Of a stretch of DNA of 64,000 bases, positions 52,757 to 64,000 are shown one piece after another. Numbering within the stretch: position 1 is the first letter of the stretch; each line of letters starts with the position of its first letter. The stretch is from Tubiluchus corallicola. Its lineage: Eukaryota; Animalia; Priapulida. The notes under the pieces are model-generated. The model was not told the DNA's origin and ran no database searches. It saw only the letters and a program-made list of their open reading frames with translations. Position numbers and translations under genes: made by a program. Location of the stretch: NCBI GenBank assembly GCA_030141605.1, contig JAQGDQ010000348.1, positions 62,001-126,000 on the forward strand, written 5' to 3'.

Positions 52757-53319
52757 AGGAAAGGTCAAGCTTACTATAAGGTTATGATTATTTCAATGTT
52801 TGCGAAAAGTGTTTAGTATAAAACTGCAGTAAGCGCCTGGTGTAATTAGTACATCACTTTAAATCATGTAAAGTAAATCACTTCATGTAAATCACTTTAA
52901 AGTCGCGGTCACTTCATGCTTGGACGCTCCCATTTTCAATGACCATTCTTCTTCCAATGACGTCATTCGTCTTGAAGAAAAGTAGTGCACTGTCAATCTT
53001 TGCCAAAAGTATAAAAGGTTTTTACAAAGTAATTACGTAGCTAATTTGTAATATTTTTACATGTAAATTAGAAAAGCTGCAGAAGTTTGAAGTAGTTTAA
53101 GCAACACGCACTTACGGAAAGTCACGACGCGCTTACGAAAAGTCACGAAGTCCTCCAGTTACGTCATAATTTTCAAACGAATGGCGGCACCTGAAATTTT
53201 CTATTGAAAGGTGGTATATTTTAAATTTATATATTATAGGCAGTTCTTGGTAATATTTTTCTAAGTTTAAGTGATAATAGTAAAATAAACCGAACATACC
53301 GAGTGATTTGTTCTTTCCT
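52757..53319. mobile_element. TTAA-flanked non-autonomous DNA transposon family B (Kolobok-like AGG termini), nested in family D
   Basis: TTAA|AGGAAAGG...CTTTCCT|TTAG; homologous copies at ~22150-22850, ~35085-35384, ~50925-51406 and ~63155-63742. Confidence 0.68.
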
Positions 53320-55502
53320 TTAGCTATTATGAAGATAAATATTTTGAATATAAACATTCCTGAGATAAAAAAATATTACAAGAATGTCCATAGTCTAACA
53401 ATGTATTTTTATTCATTATTTATTTTTTGTTTAAAATAAAAATAAAAATTAAATAATTTGTGTCTAACATTCTGCCGTGCAGTATAATTGTTAGTTTGAC
53501 ATTCCAAACATCAACACCATATTGTCTTATTTAAACCGGAACTAGTCGGTGAAGTTTATATTAAAATTCCAGGATTTTTCCTTTTCAGGAAGCTGGTCAT
53601 CTCTAAAAAATCATTTTTATGAGAGCTACCACACTTAAGTGTAAAGACACATCAAGCTGATTTATCTTTAATCTAGGTATAAAATATAGGCTAAAGCAAA
53701 GAAACGTAAGTGCAGTTACATAGTTTGTAGTTAACACAATAAAATAATAATTATATATATAGTCCTACCTACAGTCAATTTGCACAATAAATATCACACA
53801 CAATATCGCTCGCTTAACTCCAGCAACTCCCGATGTTCTCTGAGCGAAATAAACAGGATCAAGTCTCACTCGGTTTGATTTATAAAAATATTTGTCCTAA
53901 AGGCCTATATTTAAATACAATGATATCACTGTTCAATGCTATTATTTTCTGTTTATCGCGTAGGTGGGGCAGACGAATACATCGAGTAACTCGTAACGAA
54001 CAAGAAACGCCATTCTATCTCTACAATTTCTGTATATCCAGAAGCTAATGTTTTAGCTGACTAAAATACTCGTTGTTTAGTTGCTATTACGAATTTTAGA
54101 GAACGCTTCCGCGTAATTAAGAGCATCTTTGACTGATATTTCCGCTTAATTCTTGAATCCGCCCTTAGATGGCAGCAGAGCACAGCCTTTAACAGCAATG
54201 TCAATAACCCCGCGATGTTCTAGATAATTTCTACTCCAGTTAGTCAAATAACTAATGTTTAGAGTGAAAAACTAAACAAATAGAAAGTAAATAGGCAAGG
54301 GATTAAGCGGAATGAACTGTACATATGCAAGACAGTGATCAATTAAATATTTTGACGTCATGATTAATGATCATTTAGCAATAATAAACTGTCGTTATAC
54401 ACTAGACTTTGCGTGTGTAATCAAAAGTTTGATGAAATTTTACAAGAATTTCAAGTGTTCTTAACAAATATGGCAAACACAGGTATAATCTAACTAATCA
54501 ATGGTACTTGGTAAACTCTACTACTTTGACTGGTGAAGCAAAATGGTGAAATTTCGATTAAAAACATGTGACAGTTGATTACAACTTAAAAGTCTGGTAT
54601 TAATTTTATAGATCTTTGTCCGGCAAGAAGGTTAAATAAATCTTTCATCTTTCTAGCAGCTAATGACGTTTAGCAAAAGAGGGTACAAATGTACAAAGGA
54701 CTTTTTTATTTATTAGGGTTGATGAATTAATAAAATTATGTTTTTCGCCATCCTGTGACTTGTTTGAGTGTTTGTCACTAAAATTAGTGATATTTACCTG
54801 TAATTGTGAAAACAAACAACTAAACGTCTGTATCTCCAACAGACATTGAAGTTTTTTATACGCATTATTAAGATTACATAAAGAATTCGTAGTTATTATT
54901 AAACAAAAGAGATATATTTAAATAACTTGCCTTTTCTCGTAAATCTTGAGCACGTGCGTTGCCGTAAAGATCGCCATGTTTCACGTCTTTGACGCGAGTG
55001 AGCGAGAATGACGTACGACGTACAGAAAGCGTCTTTGGTTACCGATGTTTGTTTACCGGTCTTTGGTGACCTCGTGACTGCACTCAAAACGTCATTCGTC
55101 TCGCGCACCTAAAAATGGCGGTTCTTCAAATTTAATACTGCTAACAACAAAGTGATAAAAAAACAAAAGAAACAAGTTGTGCAGTAAGTTTACAATAAAA
55201 TCAATTAAACAGCAGTCGTAATGAGAGTGAAATTTTAAATGGTAAAAGCTTATATTATAGTGACGGTCTAGTTTGACTTTAATCAGTCTACCCATCATTG
55301 TTCTACAAACGTTGTTTTCATTATAACTCTAGTAGAGCATACACGTTGGCAGTTCAAATCAACAAAATCAAATTTAAATAAGTCAAATTTTATTTTCACA
55401 AATACATCAAGCCACAAACTTTAGTGCTCTAATTGTAAATGGCGTCATTTGATAGGTGCCTCGTTAATCTACTAGCAGCCAAAATATTAATGAGATATCA
55501 AT

Positions 55503-55872
55503 AACCGTTTTCACAGTTTCGTTCCGCGCACGCGCAGTTGCTGTAGGTCAAAGGTTAAGTGTGTCACAGTAACGCGTCTTATCTACAACCGTCACATGAC
55601 ATGTGGGTATAGCAAGGCCGTATGGCGCATTAGTTCAGTAACGTCAGTTGTTTTATGTGGACTTTGCTTAACCATACATTAGTATTGACGTAAAGTGATT
55701 TACTAGCAGAATTTTGCTTGGAAGGAAGAAAAAATGAACTAGGTAAGGTTCTAGCTAGCTGATAAAATTGTTACTATTACAACAGCAGCTGCGAGGCATT
55801 GTCAACTGTACACAAATACGTTGTCTGACCTTTTCACGATCATCATCAATCGTTGGAACTGTGAAAACGCTT
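55503..55872. mobile_element. MITE family A
   Basis: AACCGTTTTCACAGTT...AACTGTGAAAACGCTT. Confidence 0.72.
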
Positions 55873-57269
55873 ATTAATAAATGGTTTGATTAACTGAGTC
55901 TGGCTTTCATGCATGCGCTAACTTTTAACGTTTAATTCTTAAAAGTAGAAGCGTTTAATTGGGATAATTCCATGGGAGAAGACTATAACAACACACGTTG
56001 GTTACAGTTCCCCAGATAATCCAGAAATCTTCTTTTCTGCGGCGCACAATGGCTCGATGATCTTCGTACAAATTGAAGCCATGCGCGCTGACGGTTTCAC
56101 GCTGTTAGATCAATCTTACTGAAGCCAGAATCACGCGAGTCACACGGCGTAGACCAGCCGTCTGACAATACGATAGCCACTGTTTCCTCGCCAAATTGAA
56201 GAAGAACGGTACGTTATACTCGTTCAATGCTGTAGACTCATGCAAAGCATTACAGTCACGTGAATGGATGAAGAGAAAAATTAGACCACAATGCATTGCG
56301 GTGCATTTGCGATACCTTTGATGTGTATATGAAATTTGATGAAATTTTCTTACTTGTGTATAAAAATTAACTGTCTGCTGTTCTCTCAGTAAACGGGAGT
56401 GAAAAAGCATAAAACAGTTGTTGTTTGAGCACAAATCAGCAGACGCAAATTGATTGATTGATAGAACCGGTCACAAGAATCAACGTCGGGTCGTCTGCGT
56501 ACATATTTGGAGTACATTCTGTAGAACGCCAGAGAAATGAAACCGGATTTTGAATCCTGAGAGATTTCGTCGCGATAACGTCGGTAAGTGCATTTTAATT
56601 AAGTCTAAACTGATGAGCTGTTTCGCTCGGGATGAGTAAATCAGTTTTTCAATTGCGCGAGTTTGAATCAATGAACTACCTTTCATCAAAGAATATTAAC
56701 TAAATACAAGAACACGTGACATGAAACAAATAAAAATAACATTAAATATGATCTCAATTGGGTTTGCAAAACTGTAGTAATTAATTGAAACACAACCCGC
56801 CTCAAATAAAATCCGCTAATACCCTAAAACGGTTTAAAAACCAGCTAAAAGAAATAACGATGTCAACCTACATGATTTAAGGTTAATAAAAATACAACAT
56901 TATTGCAACTAGACGGTCTTTGTGCGTTCAAGTAAAATATACGCTTACACTACTAAAGAAAAATCATCGCGAACAGTTCTCATACATTAACAACTGGCTT
57001 ATTGTGGTATACATAAAGTTTTTAGAACTTATCTTGTACATAATGGTAAATTTGTAAAACGGTTTATATCGTATTTAATATTTGATACGCTAACATTGTT
57101 TTACCCGAATAGTTCATCCGTTGGCCCCTCACATTGTTTTTTATCATGTTCATTAACACTATTGCTAACAACAGTTAAATGTTTTAACTAGTTATATAAT
57201 CCACTGTGAATGAGTATTTTTGATTGATATTTTTGCTGTTGCATAACAGATGCAATAAAGAGTTTTATT

Positions 57270-57620
<351 letters not shown>

Positions 57621-58619
57621 GTGAAAGCTACCAAAGACGTTTTCTTAGTTCACAAGAAGATGAAAAAGTACACCATTTTTCTCTCTTAAACGGTACATTC
57701 ACCCATATTAACCTCATTAACTTCAATCTGTATTTTCGATAAACATTTTCAATTTTGGGAAGTCAATTTTGTGACAAGGAGCGCAGTTTTTTATTGTGTA
57801 AATTCGTAGTTATCTGCACACAAGAGTTTGTATTACACAAGACTGGCGTTTCATGAAATTCCGAGGTTTTGTTTTGTGAATGTGACAGCAGGAAACAAGA
57901 TTGTTTAAAGATGTCTGTTAAAATGTTTATAAATACTTCCTGGTGTGGGAGGCGCGCATTCGAATGAGACCCGTAGATTTTTCTGGAGGAGAATTTATCC
58001 TTAAATTATTTCCAGGCGTCTCCAGGAACTAAGTAACTCCGAACGAAGGTAGCTGATATACGCTGGAAAGTAGTTCATGTGCACCCTTTCCTTGAGCTGC
58101 CCCGCATCTGTTTGATATATTCTTTTGTACTGCCTGGTTCATCTCTTTCATCCTCCTCATATATTATTGATTCTGACTGGAAGTTTTTCAGTTAGTAAAA
58201 TATTGTTCTGCTGTTTCTGATGCAGTGAAACTGCAGACTGCCTACACACCACACATGTTAATTAAGTAACAGCTTGGAATGAAAGAATTTCAACATATGT
58301 AACAGAGAATGACGTTTTACTTTTAAAACTCAATGTGCGTAAACAAGTGTGGCGTTGCTTCTTAGCACCAGCAAGAATATCTTTAAGATTGTGGAGCAAT
58401 AAAGTTTATTTTTCTTTGAAAAATAAATAGATGGTTTATTATTAGTCTGAGGAAAAATTGCGCACTAGATATGGCTGATCAAGAAGGTCGATTTGGCAGT
58501 GTGAAACGAAACGTGATTAAGATGCTTTGTGCTATGACTCTGTGAACAAAGTATGCACTACCTTCCCTCTAATCTTCGTCTTTGATTGTCTTTCTGTCTG
58601 TCTGTCTAGCTAGTTAGTT

Positions 58620-58840
<221 letters not shown>

Positions 58841-60377
58841 AAGTAGAGCACGATTATTGTTGGTGCTAGAAAACATGTCAAAATGCATAACACAAAAATG
58901 CTTGGCATTTGTAGTTGATGAAACGTGTAATTTTCAAACGCTTTTTTTCGAAAAAAAACTACGGCATTATTCTGGGTAATTTCGCATTTTTGCAAATTGT
59001 TTTTATCATAAAGTTCGTGTTGTGCCATTAGTTTATCATAAACTTGTTCGTTTCACGCGCTGCTACAAGTGCAAGATTACTCTGCAATGACCTACTGCAG
59101 AAATTCATTGAAAAAGGAAGCCAGACTTGCAGAAACCACATGACATCAAAGAGAATTCTGGCTTCACTAAAATAATCGTCATTATCTTTTACAGTCTCAG
59201 TTACTGCTGACATTAAATTCTCTGCAATTGACTTCATTTCTAGCAAATTTACCGAACTTTTAAAAGTCTCAAGCGAAAATTAGACAAATTATTCCGAGTA
59301 ACAAAACAGAAAAGAGAGACAATCATATAATTAATTTTGCTGGTATATAAGTATATAATTAACCGACGAGGCTACAGCTCTGACAACGGCACCATTCTCG
59401 ACTATCTGCACGTCTAACGAAAGGTCTCCACCCACAGGTTCACATCTGTGGTTTTATTGTTCGAATCGGACCCAGCGGGAGCACCGGGAGGGGGGGGGCG
59501 AAAAACCTCGTGGTTTATACCTCTTATACAAAGCAAAGCTTATACCTCTTATTTCTAGAGAATGGGCCGGGAAAGGTGCATTCAACGGTGGGTGTTATAG
59601 GCATAATAGAATTCGCATGAGGGTCACTGCGTCCCGCAACAGGCGTTTTCCTGGAACCCAACTCCCGATTTTTACCAAACACTTAGAAAAAAACTTTCTA
59701 GCTGCAGCTAGTAGGACTCTCGGAAGGAGATACATAGCTCTTTTCAAAGAGAAGAAATGGCGCTACGCGATGATGTGGGCTATGTTTTGAGACGCCTCTA
59801 ACAAAGGGATCTGTGACGAGTTGATTGGTGGTTCCATTTTGCGTGATTCTCGCTTAGAAGCTACAGTGACGTTTTCATTGTTCTGACGTCATTTCATTGT
59901 ACTTTATATATAACTTTGTAACTTTAATTCAGTAAAATATGCTGCTGGTTGGGTAAATAAACCAAAACTGCGTACAACGTTCGCGCATTATTGATTAGAA
60001 GTGGATTTATACGCAATTTTTTGCGGCGCCTTTGCGAGTATAAAATTAAATTGCAAACAAACAAAAACAAGAGAACGTGCTACACCATGCCTTTTCTAGG
60101 GCGCCAAACCACATCCTAGACAAATAGCAGTTTTTCCAGCAGCTACTGGTTTAGATGTTTATACGTGATCGAGTTAAAATTAGATTTATATGTTCCGGAA
60201 TTGCTGATGCTATTTCCGGTTTTTACCACACTGTTTTGATGCGCTTCACCACTTTTTGTTTAAACTGTAAAACAGAGAAACGTGTGTCATTTGCACATCT
60301 TAAATTAGGGTCAGTCGAAGTTAAATAGAACCTATTGGCCCAATGACAATTGTTTATATTTGTTTACTTTCACTTAA

Positions 60378-61100
60378 AGGAAAACCTGACGATTGTGTAG
60401 ACAATAAATAAAAAAATAAAAAGTACAATGTTAGACATAAATCATTTATTTTCTATTTTAAACAAAAAACAAATAAAGAATACCATGTTAGACTAAATTG
60501 TCACTCACGTGTTACTTTTACCTTAGCTATGTTAACATTCAAAATGTTTATCTTAATATTAGTAAACAAACAAGAAAGTGTTTATTTACTGTATTTAATA
60601 ATACTGTATACGTTGCAGTGGACTATGGAGCTATACACACCAACTGAGTGGTCATAGTGTGTGTTGAGGGACCGAAGATAAGCAACGCTTGTGTAATTTA
60701 ACAACTGGATGGGCAACTTTCTGGGCATTTGTCATTGCTCTCTTGTAGAAGGAACATGTGTACACAAATAACTGCTATTGACTCAGTGTCTCAGTTACTC
60801 TTTGTCTCTGATCTTAAAAGAATCTCCTTGATATCTGTATACAGTACCGGCCCTACCACAAACCATTGAGTTCATGTCACTGAGTGCCACAATCTGGCTT
60901 GCAGAGTGATAAAGCGACGTTTAATATATGTGCCATGCTCCATTTTTAACTAAAATGTATTTGATTGGACCAATACGTGGTTTTTAAACGTATTTCTCGA
61001 ACAATTCGCTATTGCTACACGGAATCCTTCACCGTACAGCAGACTTTACGTAAAATAGGTATGGCAGGACCGAAACTTGTTCAGTGTCAAGAATAATCCT
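60378..61100. mobile_element. Family D non-autonomous element (intact relative of the split copy at ~52370-53475)
   Basis: 60410-60890 is the reverse complement of 52440-52752 joined to 53322-53470; starts TTAA|AGGAAAACC; right boundary approximate. Confidence 0.58.
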
Positions 61101-61564
61101 CTAAAGGCAATGCGTTGAATTAGCTAATATGGAAAACTGCACGCTTATGCAAGTATACATCCAAATCTAGGCTACAGTGCAGAAATCAAAGCCCCCTTCC
61201 AATTATTTTCTGTTTGGCCAGCCGACATCTAGCTTAACGTAAACATTCGTTTGAGCAAAAAATATCATTGGCCCATATTCTGATACTCTGCGTGCTGGAC
61301 AGTTTGTATGCTGGGATTTTCCACTTTTCCTGGCAAAATTGAACTTTCAGTTAGCAGTAAATCTAGCAAGCCAATAAGACCATATTGCCCTTATTAAAAT
61401 TCATGATGTAGATTTTCCGCTTGGCAGTTTCATTATGCGGCCAGCAGGTGGTGTTGCGTGCGCAGCTCTCTTTCCAATATCAAACAGACATGAAGCAAAC
61501 CGTGTGGATTATGCGACCTGGTGAAATAATGGCTCTCAAGATAACTCATCTATATCCCAGAATG

Positions 61565-61800
61565 CAGTGGCGGCTCGTAGGTAAAATTAGTGGGGGTGCT
61601 GCTTCAGAAAATTTGTATTCTGTGTAAAACGACACAAACATATGTAATTTTAATGTTGTAGTGATATGTAGTTGTAGGTGTTGAACGACCTCTTTTCTTA
61701 ACTGCAACTTTCTCATGAAGAGACAACTGTGAAAAATTAAGCTGTTGTAGTTCACTTACAGTCACAGAACTTACTTTTTTGGGTATACAAGGCATCCATT
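61565..61800. mobile_element. hAT relic
   Basis: CAGTGGCGGCTCGTAGG terminus; minus-strand fragment FSQLSLHEKVAVKKRGRSTP resembles N-termini of hAT/ZMYM-type transposases. Confidence 0.45.
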
Positions 61801-62399
61801 ATTAAATAATTTATTTTTTAAGCACATATGCTAAGTTTACATTTTATCACAGCCAATGATGTGACGGTACACGGTAAACACGTGGCAATTGTTACTGTGT
61901 TAGAGACATTACTTTTCTACCTAGCAGCATACACTAGCGTATAGAGAGTTATCTCAGACATGTGCGGAAGGCCGCATGCGCACAACAGCCATACACCACG
62001 TTGCTTGGGCTGTGAAGCATATCATACTTTCCTCACGCGCTCCGATTCTGTACGAGTATAAAGAAAGAACTAAAGAAAAAAGACTTATTACATTGAATAT
62101 TGTCGATAATACTGAGTGAAAACGGGCTGTTGCAGTTCCACAGTACCTATACACTCGAGCCGCTCCTCCCACAATGGGAATCGTGATAAACACTGAGCCA
62201 AACTAATAACAGTTTCCATCACCAGGTGTGATTACTTTGTTGCCTTGGCAACCAAGACTCGAGAACTTATCAGTTTCGGTCTGAGCCGCATTAATCATCA
62301 TCCTATTACGCCTTGAATAGATTACATCAATTTGTTTGACTATCTGTCTGCATCTTTAAGCGTCTCACTTGACTAATTTATTGCTTTTTCAAACAAGTT

Positions 62400-62990
62400 T
62401 TGAAGGTCAAGAAAAGGTGTACCTTAAGTAAGTTTCAGAAAAATCGCCTGAAAAATTATGTTACTTCACCGCAGTTTTATGCGTATATCGTACTCGCGTT
62501 GGAAGCAATTTTTGTTTGTTTCATTTATATCTCCCACGACACTGTACGAACCGCACCATTACATATACGTCACAAACGCACAACGTTCTGTAACTGGAAA
62601 AGAAAATTATTAATTATTTACACCAATTGTTTATGTTTACACCTATTATGTTTTCACCAATTGGTAAAATGTCGCTGACTCACCCTCCAGAGTGCGCCAC
62701 TCACTAACCAAAAACGTATTTTTAATTTTATTGACAAGATACAGTAATTTTAAATTTTACTTAGTTAGTGAAGTGTGCGCTGCGCAAGCTCTGATAATTT
62801 TTTTAAACTTTACTCAGTGTTATTTAAATTTGTTTCAAACGACCTACCATTAAAATGGCTGCGCCTAACGGTCATTGCGGTGAAAATTTACACGTTTTAT
62901 ACTGCTTTACTGCCGACACAAGTCCTGTATGCAAAAGGGCAGTATGCAAGTGTTATAAAATTTCAAGACAAATTTTTTAAGCTCCATGTA
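62400..62990. mobile_element. Partial copy of the 46519-47424 element
   Basis: GTTTCAGAAAAATCGCCT...ACTCGCGTTG...; internal CCTCCAGAGTGCGCCACTCACTA is the reverse complement of ~47070-47092. Confidence 0.62.
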
Positions 62991-63154
62991 AGTGTCGGTT
63001 TATAAAGTAAATCTTTTAACAATGAATTTCATTGAGAGGAGAAATGAAAAGGAAAGAAGGATAAAAAAGAAAAAAGACTGAGGGAGCAAAGGGCATAAGA
63101 AAAAGAAGAAAGATGGCATTTTATTTAGCAAATAAAAAAGAACTTTTTGTACAC

Positions 63155-63742
63155 AAACGTTTCTGTTATTTTACTGTTATCACTCAAACTTAGAAAAACA
63201 TAACAAAGATATTTGCAGAAAACTGTCTGTGAAGCATAAATTTACATAAACTACCTCTGAATAGAAATTTTCAGGCGCGGTGGTTGCCGCCATTCACTTG
63301 AAAATTATGACGTCAGTGGGAGACTTCGTGACTTTTCGTAAGCGCGTCCAGGCTTTCCGTAAGCGCGCGCTGCTTAAACTAATTCAAGTTTTTACACAGT
63401 TTACCTAATGTATCACAAAATTATTCTGTATTGTAATATAATATCTACATAAATATATTACAAAATTGTTCCGCAAAAATATTACAAAATCTAATTTTTT
63501 GTAAAAATTTATTATATTTTTGATGAAGATTGGCAGCGCACTGCTTTTCTTCAGGACGAGTGACGTCATTGGAAGAAGAATGGGCATTGAAAATGGGAGC
63601 GCCCAAGCATGAAATGATCGCGACTTAAAAGTGATTTTACTAATTACACGAGGCGCATATTGCAGTTTTATTACTAAATCCTTCTAACATTTCTCGCGAA
63701 CATTGAAAGAAACCTATCCTCCTAGAAGGGTTGACCTTTCCT
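63155..63742. mobile_element. Family B copy
   Basis: Reverse complement of 52757-53319; ends GACCTTTCCT|TTAA. Confidence 0.68.
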
Positions 63743-64000
63743 TTAAAGCGAGCAGATCTCACCAGAGGGATATAATTAAACACATAAATTCAACGTAAAC
63801 TTGTCGTTTTAATGATATCTTCCATTATCTTAGACGTTACATCTTAGACAAAAATTGTGGAAAAGTAATAGAAAACAAACAAGTAATAGAAAGCAAGAAA
63901 AAGCAACAGAAAGCGCTTCTCTCCCCCAAGATTTCTACTGATTCTCTAATCTTTTTCACATTTATTTGTACAGCAGAATTTGCAGCAGGTGCATTTATAT

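Overview
Eukaryotic, AT-rich, intron- and repeat-rich animal DNA (invertebrate by inference; species not determinable from the sequence). Four protein-coding genes can be built by hand with GT-AG introns in consistent phase. (1) A complete 7-exon CYP2-clan cytochrome P450 (- strand, 16845->2143, 515 aa). (2) A complete 6-exon ER-type UDP-glycosyltransferase (+ strand, 20317->29573, 528 aa), head-to-head with the P450 across ~3.5 kb. (3) A sororin/CDCA5-like cohesin regulator with a single coding exon (- strand, 34608->33454). (4) A secreted, low-complexity Tyr/Ser/acidic protein (- strand, 45494->41503, 758 aa). The rest is micro/minisatellites, non-autonomous DNA transposons (piggyBac-like, other TTAA-type, hAT, pogo/Tigger), LINE remnants, a 5S-rRNA-headed SINE and an LTR-like element. 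Most unusual items: a ~22-copy minisatellite made from the UGT exon-2 splice acceptor, of which only the last copy is productive; a TG...CA element flanked by a 29-bp direct repeat; a 5S-derived SINE with a 13-bp TSD; and an antisense YPAPG-repeat exon-like segment inside an intron of the Tyr-rich gene. All calls come from manual reading; no database searches were run.
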